Shown here one piece after another: positions 23,740 through 31,735 of a stretch of 45,266 nt of DNA. The DNA is from a virus (Duplodnaviria > Heunggongvirae > Uroviricota > Caudoviricetes). Within the stretch, counting starts at the first letter, position 1. Each line of letters opens with the position of its first letter. The stretch lies in the IMG/VR virus record IMGVR_UViG_2531839130_000013; one strand, 5' to 3'. The position numbers were made by a program, and so were the translations under genes. Below the pieces are notes generated by a model, which worked only from the letters and a program-made list of their open reading frames with translations, did not search any database and had not been told where the DNA came from.

Positions 23740-25307
23740 ACGGGGAACTGGTGGATATTCATGGGCAGCCTTTACGGCAAAGCATGGGATATTCTGGTGG
23801 TGGTTCCGGGTTCGGTGGGCAAATGGCAGAATGGCTGCCTGCACCGGAAAGTGCCGACGTGGCGCTCTTACCTTCCATTCATCTGGGTAACGCCCGCGCG
23901 GATGATCTGGTCCGTAACAACGGTATTGCATCGAATGCAGTGGAAATTCATAAGGATCATATTGTCGGGCACATGTTTCGTCTGAGTTACCGTCCCAACT
24001 GGCGCTGGCTGGGGATGTCGGAAGCAGATTCACATGCTTTTATTGAAGATGTTGAGGCGGCGTGGATGGAATACTGCGATCCGGTGTTTGGTATGATGGA
24101 TGTGGAAGGGCGTCGTTCGTTTACCGAATTCATTCGTGAAGGGGTGGGGGTCCATACGTTTAACGGTGAAATTTTTGTCCAGCCCGTATGGGATGCGGAA
24201 TCCACGTCATTATTCCGGACGAAATTCAAAACCATCAGCCCGAAGCGTGTCAGTACACCCGGTTATGGTACCAGCGATCGTTTTATGCGTGCCGGGGTGG
24301 AAATAAACCGACACGGAAAAGCGCTGGCCTACCATGTTCAGGATGATGACTGGCCCGGCTACGGTGTCAGTAAATGGACACGAATTACGGCAACACTGCC
24401 TTCCGGACGACCGGGAATGATCCATGTGTTTCAGCCACAGGAAGACGGGCAGACCCGCGGGGCCAACCAGTTTTATTCTGTAATGGAGCGTCTCAAGATG
24501 CTCGACACACTGCAGGCCACGCAACTGCAGTCGGCGGTGGTTCGCGCCATGTATGCCGCCACGATTGAATCCACACTGGATTCGGAAAAAGCGTTTGAAT
24601 ATATCGCCGGGGTGGGAGATGGAGGTAAAAATCCCCTGAACACCATCATGAAAGGCTACGCGCGTTATTACGCCACCAATACGGTAAAACTGGGCGGGGT
24701 CCGTATTCCGCATCTTTACCCGGGAGATTCACTGAATCTGCAGACAGCCCAGAATGCGGATAATGGTTTTTCTGAACTGGAAAAGGCGCTGTTACGTTAC
24801 ATTGCTGCCGGACTGGGTGTGTCGTATGAGCAGCTTTCCCGTGATTATTCACAGGTCAGTTATTCCAGTGCCAGGGCATCCGCCAATGAGTCGTGGCGGT
24901 ATTTTATGGGAAAACGAAAATTTGTGGCCAGTCGCCTGGCGTCACAGATGTTTGCCTGCTGGATGGAGGAAGCCCTTATTCGTGGTGTGATCCGTCCGCC
25001 GAAATCCCGTTTCTCATTCTGGGAGGCCCGTTCCGGGTGGTGCCGTGCCGAGTGGATTGGTGCCGGTCGTATGGCGATTGATGGCCTTAAGGAAGTGCAG
25101 GAAGCGGTGATGCGCATTGAAGGCGGCCTGAGTACATACGAGAAAGAGCTGGCCCTGATGGGGGATGACTATCAGGAGATTTTCCGCCAGCAGCTACGGG
25201 AAACTCAGGAGCGACAGGCTGCCGGTCTTCCGCGTCCGGTCTGGATAAAGGACGCGTTTCAACAGCAGATCCGACAGACAACGGGAGAAAAAGGCGATGC
25301 GCTGTAA
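23736..25307 (+). CDS. B: Portal protein (lambda B-like)
   Basis: 523 aa; position and size as lambda gpB. Confidence 0.85.
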   Translation: MNGELVDIHGQPLRQSMGYSGGGSGFGGQMAEWLPAPESADVALLPSIHLGNARADDLVRNNGIASNAVEIHKDHIVGHMFRLSYRPNWRWLGMSEADSHAFIEDVEAAWMEYCDPVFGMMDVEGRRSFTEFIREGVGVHTFNGEIFVQPVWDAESTSLFRTKFKTISPKRVSTPGYGTSDRFMRAGVEINRHGKALAYHVQDDDWPGYGVSKWTRITATLPSGRPGMIHVFQPQEDGQTRGANQFYSVMERLKMLDTLQATQLQSAVVRAMYAATIESTLDSEKAFEYIAGVGDGGKNPLNTIMKGYARYYATNTVKLGGVRIPHLYPGDSLNLQTAQNADNGFSELEKALLRYIAAGLGVSYEQLSRDYSQVSYSSARASANESWRYFMGKRKFVASRLASQMFACWMEEALIRGVIRPPKSRFSFWEARSGWCRAEWIGAGRMAIDGLKEVQEAVMRIEGGLSTYEKELALMGDDYQEIFRQQLRETQERQAAGLPRPVWIKDAFQQQIRQTTGEKGDAL

Positions 25308-26913
25308 TTTATCACATATTGCCGCGATGGCATTTAATGAGCCGCTTTTACTGGAACCCGCCTATGCGCGGGTTTTCTTTTGCGCACTGGGTAAGGAGAT
25401 GGGGGCGGGCAGCCTTGCCGTTCCGCAGCAGGCCGTTCAGCTTGATGCCGATGGTATGCAGCTGGAGGTTACCGATTATATGACTGGTGGTCCGCGTCCG
25501 GTAAAGAGTTACCAGGTGAAAAATGGTATTGCCATTCTGCCGGTGAGCGGCACGCTGGTACATAAAATGGGTACCCTGCAGCCATATTCCGGTATGACCA
25601 GTTATGACGGTCTGACTGCCCGTCTTAAGTCAGCGGTGAACGACCCGGATGTACGCGGCATTTTACTGGATATCGACAGTCCGGGCGGTCAGGCTGCCGG
25701 GGCGTTTGACTGTGCTGACATGATTTACCGTCTGCGGGAACAGAAGCCCGTGTGGGCGCTGTGTAATGACATGGCCTGTTCAGCCGCCATGTTGCTGGCG
25801 GCGGCCTGTACGCGTCGGCTGGTCACGCAGACGGCAAAAATTGGTTCGATTGGTGTGATGATGGCGCACACCAGTTACGAGAAACAACTGGCACAGGAAG
25901 GCGTGGATATCACGCTGATTTACTCCGGGCAGCACAAGGTTGACGGCAACAGTATTCAGGCGTTGCCGACAGGTGTGCGTGCGGATTTTCAGCGCCGTAT
26001 TGATGATGCCCGCCGGATGTTTGTCGACAAGGTGGCACTTTATACGGGGCTGAGTTCAGAGGTGGTGATGAATACCGAGGCTGCCGTTTATGACGGTCAG
26101 GCAGGCATTGATACAGGCCTGGCTGATCAACTGATTAATGCTGCAGATGCCGTTGATGTAATGGTTTCTGCTCTGAACGACTCTGTTACACAGGAGAATA
26201 CGATGACACCAAAAAATCTCACCGTTGCTGAAGCGGTGTCCCAGGAAAATCAGCGCGTGATGGGGATCCTGAATTGTCAGGAGGCGAAAGGACGCGAAAA
26301 ACTGGCGCAGATGCTGGCAGGTCAGCAGGGAATGTCAGTTGAGCAGGCAAAAACATTACTGGCAGCGGCACCGGCAACCGGCACGGCAAGTTCCGGCGAT
26401 CAAATTATTGCGTTGCCGGAAGCAAAAGGACGTGAACAACTGGCACGGACGCTGGCTGAACAGCCGGGAATGACGGTGGAGCAGGCGAAAACGTTACTGG
26501 CAGCGGCACCGGCAACCGGCACGGCAAGTTCCGGCGATCAAATTATTGCGTTGCCGGAAGCAAAAGGACGTGAACAACTGGCACGGACGCTGGCTGAACA
26601 GCCGGGAATGACGGTGGAGCAGGCGAAAACGTTACTGGCAGCGGCACCGGCAACCGGCACGGCAAGTTCCGGCGATCAAATTATTGCGTTGCCGGAAGCA
26701 AAAGGACGCGAAAAACTGGCACAGGCGCTGGCTGAACAACCGGGAATGACAGTGGAGCAGGCGAAAACGCTGCTGGCAGCTGCGCCATCAGTATCGCAAC
26801 CGTCACAGGTAACACTTTTTGAGCGCTTCATGGCACAGCATGCCGCCAGTGCCGTTTCCGGTGGCGGAACTGCCGGGAACGGGGAAAAAGAACTGCTGAT
26901 GAGTATGCCGTAA
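25297..26913 (+). CDS. C: Head maturation protease / scaffold (lambda C/Nu3-like, S49 ClpP-type) with an internal tandem-repeat linker
   Basis: N-terminal S49-type protease region (ILPVSGTLVHK..., DSPGG); C-terminal part carries four in-frame 46-aa repeats. Confidence 0.8.
   Translation: MRCNLSHIAAMAFNEPLLLEPAYARVFFCALGKEMGAGSLAVPQQAVQLDADGMQLEVTDYMTGGPRPVKSYQVKNGIAILPVSGTLVHKMGTLQPYSGMTSYDGLTARLKSAVNDPDVRGILLDIDSPGGQAAGAFDCADMIYRLREQKPVWALCNDMACSAAMLLAAACTRRLVTQTAKIGSIGVMMAHTSYEKQLAQEGVDITLIYSGQHKVDGNSIQALPTGVRADFQRRIDDARRMFVDKVALYTGLSSEVVMNTEAAVYDGQAGIDTGLADQLINAADAVDVMVSALNDSVTQENTMTPKNLTVAEAVSQENQRVMGILNCQEAKGREKLAQMLAGQQGMSVEQAKTLLAAAPATGTASSGDQIIALPEAKGREQLARTLAEQPGMTVEQAKTLLAAAPATGTASSGDQIIALPEAKGREQLARTLAEQPGMTVEQAKTLLAAAPATGTASSGDQIIALPEAKGREKLAQALAEQPGMTVEQAKTLLAAAPSVSQPSQVTLFERFMAQHAASAVSGGGTAGNGEKELLMSMP
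26281..26788 (+). repeat. In-frame tandem repeat, about 3.7 copies of a 138-bp unit, inside the C/Nu3-like gene
   Basis: Units start at 26281, 26419, 26557, 26695; copies 2 and 3 are identical, copies 1 and 4 diverge; encode EAKGRE(Q/K)LA..LAEQPGMTVEQAKTLLAAAPATGTASSGDQIIALP. Confidence 0.85.
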
Positions 26914-26953
26914 GCGTGGATCCGTGATTCAGATAAATCAGGAGACTGAGAAA

Positions 26954-27289
26954 ATGATTAAAACCACCACAGAAAAGCGCGCGGACGGGCGCATTTTTGC
27001 CGGAAGCGATCCGGTATATACCGCAACAGGTACCAGTGGTATCAGTGTTGCCACGCCTTCACTGACGCCACTGATGCTGGATGACGCCAGCGGAAAACTG
27101 GTGGCATGGGATGGTCAGAAAGCCGGAACGGCTGTGGGGGTGCTGGTACTGGCGCTGGCCGGGACCGAGCCCACACTGACGTACTACAAAAGTGGTACGT
27201 TTGCCACCGAATCGCTGGTCTGGCCGGATTCGGTGGATGCGGTGAAAAAAGCCAACGCGTTTGTGGGAAGTGCCATCAGCCACGCCTGA
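26954..27289 (+). CDS. D: Head decoration protein (lambda D-like)
   Basis: PLMLDDASGKLVAWDG...YYKSGTF aligns with lambda gpD; SD CAGGAG upstream. Confidence 0.85.
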   Translation: MIKTTTEKRADGRIFAGSDPVYTATGTSGISVATPSLTPLMLDDASGKLVAWDGQKAGTAVGVLVLALAGTEPTLTYYKSGTFATESLVWPDSVDAVKKANAFVGSAISHA

Positions 27290-27358
27290 TGGTGAAATGA
27301 TTAACTGAAAAAACGGGTCGTGATGCGGCCCGTTTGTGTTTTTAAAGGAAAGTCAATT

Positions 27359-28387
27359 ATGGGGTTATTTACCACGCGTCAGTTGCTCGGCTACACCGAG
27401 CAGAAAGTGAAATTCCGTGCGCTGTTTCTGGAGCTGTTTTTTCGTCGTACGGTCACTTTCCATACTCAGGAAGTGATGCTGGATAAAATCACTGGAAAAA
27501 CACCGGTTGCGGCATATGTGTCTCCGGTTGTGTCAGGTAAGGTACTGCGCAGTCGTGGTGGTGAAACCCGCGTGTTACGCCCCGGCTATGTTAAACCAAA
27601 ACACCGGCTGGATTATCAGCAGGCGGTGGAGCGTCTTCCGGGGGAAGATCCGGCCCGTCTTAATGACCCGGCCTACCGTCGCCTGCGTATTCTGACTGAC
27701 AACCTGAAACAGGAAGAGCAGGCGATTGTGCAGGTGGAAGAAATGCAGGCGGTCAGCGCTGTTCTGCAGGGTAAGTACACCATGAGCGGTGAACAGTTTG
27801 AGACGGTGGAAGTGGATTTTGGACGTTCTGCCGCCAATAACATAACGCAGGCAGATGGACGCGAATGGTCAAAACAGAATGTTGACACCTTTGATCCGAC
27901 GCATGATCTGGATGCGTACTGCGATTTTGCTTCCGGTACCATCAATATTGCGATTATGGACGGTACTGTCTGGCGTATGCTGAACGGTTTTAAGCTGTTT
28001 CGTGAAAAACTGGATACCCGCCGTGGCTCAAAATCTGAACTGGAAACCGCGCTGAAAGATCTGGGTTCCGTGGTTTCTTTTAAAGGTTATTACGGTGATC
28101 TGGCCATCATGGTGGCGAAAACAACGTATGTTGATGAAAGCGGGGATGAGCAGCGCTATCTGCCGGAAGGCACACTGATTCTTGGAAACACTCAGGTGGA
28201 TGGTGTCCGTTGTTATGGCGCAATCCAGGATAACCAGGCGTTGAGTGAAGGGATCACCTCTGCAATTCGTTATCCGAAACACTGGTTAGAGGTGGGGGAC
28301 CCGGGGTGCGAATATACCATGACGCAATCTGCGCCGTTGATGGTGTTGCCGGATCCGGACGCGTTTGTGGTAGTTAAGGTGAAATAA
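27359..28387 (+). CDS. E: Major capsid protein (lambda E-like)
   Basis: Strong match to lambda gpE along its length (SPVVSGKVLRSRGG, AQVEEMQAVSAVL.GKYTM, KLDTRRGS.SELETA.KDLG, SAPLM.L.DPD). Confidence 0.9.
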   Translation: MGLFTTRQLLGYTEQKVKFRALFLELFFRRTVTFHTQEVMLDKITGKTPVAAYVSPVVSGKVLRSRGGETRVLRPGYVKPKHRLDYQQAVERLPGEDPARLNDPAYRRLRILTDNLKQEEQAIVQVEEMQAVSAVLQGKYTMSGEQFETVEVDFGRSAANNITQADGREWSKQNVDTFDPTHDLDAYCDFASGTINIAIMDGTVWRMLNGFKLFREKLDTRRGSKSELETALKDLGSVVSFKGYYGDLAIMVAKTTYVDESGDEQRYLPEGTLILGNTQVDGVRCYGAIQDNQALSEGITSAIRYPKHWLEVGDPGCEYTMTQSAPLMVLPDPDAFVVVKVK

Positions 28388-28434
28388 GGTCAGGTGGGAT
28401 ATTCCCGCCTTTTTCTTTATCGCACAGGAGAGAT

Positions 28435-28818
28435 GTGATGACAAAAGAAGAAATAACAGCGCGTCTTCAGGAGCTGGCGGTAGCACTCGGGCGCGATGCC
28501 GATATTTCAGGCTCTAAAGCTGATCTTGAACAACGTCTGGCGGAGTGGGAAGAAGAATTAAGTGATGGTTCAGACGGCCTGTATAAGGATGATGAAGAAC
28601 CACAACAAAAAAACGAAACACGATCCGAACGTGGGGAGAGTGAGAACCGAAATTCTGTGGATATGGTCATGGTCAAAGCTGTGGTGATGTTACATGTCAA
28701 TGCACTCCACGGCACACGGGATAACCCCGTGGAATTTGTACGTCCGGGAGAAGTGTTTCGTGTATCTGCTGTGGTGGCAGCCAGCATGGCAGAAAGTGGC
28801 CTCGTGAAAATGTGTTGA
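28435..28818 (+). CDS. FI: DNA packaging protein FI-like
   Basis: N-terminal TKEE(I/L)ARL... and C-terminal LHATRD.PV.FV.PG..FRVSA.VAA.M.E.GL resemble lambda FI. Confidence 0.8.
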   Translation: MMTKEEITARLQELAVALGRDADISGSKADLEQRLAEWEEELSDGSDGLYKDDEEPQQKNETRSERGESENRNSVDMVMVKAVVMLHVNALHGTRDNPVEFVRPGEVFRVSAVVAASMAESGLVKMC

Positions 28819-28831
28819 ATGTGGGGGAAAG

Positions 28832-29206
28832 GTGGCAGATTTCGATAATCCGTTTGATGCCGCCGTCGCCATGGCTGACGAGGTCATTCTTTGTCATATG
28901 GGGATTACGGCGGTAATTACGTCCGGTCAGCTTGAAGGAAAAACACTCAGGGGTGTTTTTGATGATCCTGAAAAAATTTCTTTCGTTGCCGGAGGAGTAC
29001 GGTTTGAAGATTCTTCACCGTCTTTGTTTGTGAAAACAGCAGATATTACGGGACTGCGCCGTCTGGATACGCTGGAGGTTGGTGGGGATCTTTTTCGGGT
29101 GGATCGCATTACTCCGGACGACGGGGGATGCTGTTATATCCGCCTGCAACGGTGTGACACTTCCCGGGGTGATATCAGTACTGGGCGATATTATGAAAGG
29201 TCTTGA
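28832..29206 (+). CDS. FII: Head-tail joining protein FII-like
   Basis: MADFDNPFDAA...RGVFDDPE..S..G.GVR.E.SSPSLFV.T closely matches lambda FII; C-terminal end differs and overlaps the Z start. Confidence 0.8.
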   Translation: MADFDNPFDAAVAMADEVILCHMGITAVITSGQLEGKTLRGVFDDPEKISFVAGGVRFEDSSPSLFVKTADITGLRRLDTLEVGGDLFRVDRITPDDGGCCYIRLQRCDTSRGDISTGRYYERS

Positions 29207-29771
29207 AAACGCCATCCGTAATCTGAACAGCCTTGATACCCGTATGGTGCCACAGGCCAGCGCATGGGCGATAAACCGTGTAGCGCAGAAAGCGGTCTCG
29301 GTAGCTACCCGGCAGGTTGCGCAGAATACCGTTGCGGGTGACAACCACGTCAAAGGGATCCCCCTGAAAACGGTGCGTCAGCGCGTCCGGGTATTGAAGG
29401 CCAGCCCGTCAGGAAAAATGTATGCCCGTATCCGGATTAACCGGGGCAACCTGCCAGCCATTAAGCTGGGGGCGGCTCAGGTCAGGCTGGCGCGGCGTGG
29501 CGGAAAGCTACGGTACCGGGGAAGTGTGCTGAAGGTGGGCAAATATCTTTTCCGGGATGCGTTTATTCAGCAACTGGCGAACGGTCGCTGGCATGTGATG
29601 CGGCGTATTGACGGCAAAAATCGTTACCCCATTGATGTGGTGAAAATCCCGTTGTCCGGACCGCTGACGCAGGCATTTACGGAAGCCAGTCGGCATATTG
29701 CTGAAACGGAGATGCCGAAACAACTGGGTTATGCACTGAAGCAGCAACTGAGGTTATTTCTGACACGATGA
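29190..29771 (+). CDS. Z: Tail completion protein Z-like
   Basis: Start MKGLENAIRNL; AFIQQL.NGRWHVM.R..GKNRYPIDVVKIP matches lambda gpZ. Confidence 0.8.
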   Translation: MMKGLENAIRNLNSLDTRMVPQASAWAINRVAQKAVSVATRQVAQNTVAGDNHVKGIPLKTVRQRVRVLKASPSGKMYARIRINRGNLPAIKLGAAQVRLARRGGKLRYRGSVLKVGKYLFRDAFIQQLANGRWHVMRRIDGKNRYPIDVVKIPLSGPLTQAFTEASRHIAETEMPKQLGYALKQQLRLFLTR

Positions 29772-30169
29772 ACAGACATACAAAAATCCGTCAGGCGGTA
29801 CTGGCACGTCTGTGTGAGGAGTGTGGCGAGTGCGCCACATTTTTTGACGGGCTTCCGGCCTTTATTGATGCACAGGAGTTGCCCGCTGTGGCGGTCTGGC
29901 TGAGCGATGCCCGGTATACCGGAAAAATGACAGATGAGGACGACTGGCAGGCCGTTCTGCATATCGCTGTGTTTATCCGTGCGCAGGCACCGGATTCAGA
30001 GCTGGATGAGTGGATGGAAAATAGCATTTATCCGGCGCTGAGGCATATACCGGCGCTTTCCGGGCTGATCGACACCATGACACCGCAGGGGTTTAACTAC
30101 CAGCGCGATGATGAGATGGCGACGTGGGCGATGGCGGAAATCACGTATCAGATCGCCTACACGAACTGA
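29768..30169 (+). CDS. U: Tail terminator protein U-like
   Basis: ATFFDG.PA..D....PAVAV.L....YTG matches lambda gpU. Confidence 0.85.
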   Translation: MNRHTKIRQAVLARLCEECGECATFFDGLPAFIDAQELPAVAVWLSDARYTGKMTDEDDWQAVLHIAVFIRAQAPDSELDEWMENSIYPALRHIPALSGLIDTMTPQGFNYQRDDEMATWAMAEITYQIAYTN

Positions 30170-30188
30170 ATAAATAATGTAAGGAGGA

Positions 30189-30962
30189 GTGATGTCCACA
30201 CCGAATCCACTGGAGAAAACGAAAGGCGCAGGGACAACATTCTGGATGTATACCGGGATGGGAGATCCGTTTGCGTCTGCATTGTCAGACACGGACTGGC
30301 TGCGACTGGCAATGGTGAAGGATTTGCAGCCGGGCGAAATGACGGCTGATGCGGAAGACGACACGTATCTTGATGATGAGAATGCGGACTGGAAGAGCAC
30401 ATCTCAGGGCCAGAAAACCGCTGGCGATACGTCTGCCACACTGGCATGGCGTCCGGGCGACAGCGGACAGAAAAAACTGGTTGAGTTGTTTTATTCCGGC
30501 GAGGTTTGTGCGTTTCGCATTCTGTACCCCAACGGCACAGTTGATGTTTTTCGTGGCTGGTTGAGTTCGCTGGGCAAAGCGGTGACGTCAACGGAAGTGA
30601 TGACCCGGACCATCAAAATCACCGGGATTGGGCGTCCGTACCTGGCGGAAGAGTGTCAGGAGGTGGTCAGCGTCACCGGTGTGACGGTGACACCGATGGC
30701 GGTGACACTGCATCCTGGTGAAACGTCCAAACTGACGTTTGTGCTTGTACCGGAAAACGCCTCGGATAAAACGCTCACGGTGTTTTCCACGGATCCGCAG
30801 ACAGCAACGGTAAGCCTGAGCGGCCTTGTGGCTACGGTATCTGCCCGCCAGGAAGGGACGGTCAGTATTGTGGGTATGAGCGGTGATGGCCGTACGGGGC
30901 AGGTGGTCAAGGTGACCGTGGCCCCTGCTGAGGAGAAGAGTACCGGACGTACCCGGGGATAA
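30189..30962 (+). CDS. V: Major tail protein V-like with C-terminal Ig-like domain
   Basis: KGAGTT.W.Y.G.GDP...LSD.DW.RLA.VKDL.PGE.TA...DD.YLDDE.ADW matches lambda gpV. Confidence 0.9.
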   Translation: MMSTPNPLEKTKGAGTTFWMYTGMGDPFASALSDTDWLRLAMVKDLQPGEMTADAEDDTYLDDENADWKSTSQGQKTAGDTSATLAWRPGDSGQKKLVELFYSGEVCAFRILYPNGTVDVFRGWLSSLGKAVTSTEVMTRTIKITGIGRPYLAEECQEVVSVTGVTVTPMAVTLHPGETSKLTFVLVPENASDKTLTVFSTDPQTATVSLSGLVATVSARQEGTVSIVGMSGDGRTGQVVKVTVAPAEEKSTGRTRG

Positions 30963-30983
30963 CAGGGCCATGTTTATCATCAG

Positions 30984-31005
30984 CCCCGGTTCGCCGGGGT
31001 TTTTT
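30984..31005 (+). terminator. Intrinsic terminator-like hairpin after V
   Basis: ccccgg-ttcg-ccgggg followed by TTTTTT. Confidence 0.5.
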
Positions 31006-31022
31006 ATTCGGGGAGAAGAGAA

Positions 31023-31412
31023 ATGTTTCTGAAACAGGATACGTTTAATTACGGCAATCAGTCGGTGGTACTGAATGAACTGTCTGGTCTGCAGCGTGTG
31101 GAATACCTGGCTTATGCCCGTGAACGCGCGGCGCAGTTTGATGAGGCTTCTGCAGGAATGGAAGAAGGGGCCCGCCAGATTGCTTTTATGGAAATGGGGA
31201 TGGACATCAACGCCTGGCTGGTTTCCCGTTCGCTGTGGAATGCCGACCAGTCTCAGAATGTGGCGGCGCTTTTTTCCTCCGTGCGCGTGACATGGTCCTG
31301 GGATGCGCTGGGGATGGCGGCGGAAAGCATTCTGGCGCTGAGCGGTATGGCACTGACAGTGGCGACAGAGGGGGATGACGTGAAGGAGGTGCTGACGCCG
31401 GAAAAGTCCTGA
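31023..31412 (+). CDS. G: Tail assembly chaperone G-like
   Basis: MFLKQDTFNYG....V.L.ELS.LQR.E.LA matches the lambda gpG N-terminus; followed by a -1 frame ORF (T). Confidence 0.8.
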   Translation: MFLKQDTFNYGNQSVVLNELSGLQRVEYLAYARERAAQFDEASAGMEEGARQIAFMEMGMDINAWLVSRSLWNADQSQNVAALFSSVRVTWSWDALGMAAESILALSGMALTVATEGDDVKEVLTPEKS

Positions 31413-31735
31413 CGCAGGAAATGCAGTTTGTCATGCGGCTGGCCCGGGAGTTCCGGCGGGGCGACTGGCGGCGAATGCTGTCAGAAATGTCAGCCACAGA
31501 ACTGGGAGAGTGGGGGGATTATTTCCGGCGGCAGAGTTTCAGTGATGTGTGGCTGGATGCGCAATTTGCCACACTGAAAACGCTGATTGTGCAGATGGTT
31601 TCCGGAAAAACCGTGGCGGCGGATATGTTCAGCCTGTTGCCTTCAGAGACAGAAGCGCCCGTCCGGACAGATGAAGAGCTGATGTTTCTGGGGGAAGGTA
31701 TCGCGGGAGGAATAAGAATTGAGCCAGATAGCTGA
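31379..31735 (+). CDS. T: T-like segment of the G-T tail assembly chaperone, reached by -1 frameshift from G
   Basis: Open -1 frame from 31379 overlapping the last 11 codons of G; product ...EFRRGDWRRMLSEMSATE... resembles lambda gpT; A-rich slippery-like GGAAAAG at 31400-31406. Confidence 0.65.
   Translation, partial: REGGADAGKVLTQEMQFVMRLAREFRRGDWRRMLSEMSATELGEWGDYFRRQSFSDVWLDAQFATLKTLIVQMVSGKTVAADMFSLLPSETEAPVRTDEELMFLGEGIAGGIRIEPDS

Noticed and set aside
26281-26788. Possible CRISPR array suggested by regular repeats
   Set aside because: The repeats are 138 bp, directly adjacent without spacers, in frame within a coding gene and encode a repeated peptide; not a CRISPR array. No CRISPR-like repeat-spacer structure was seen elsewhere.
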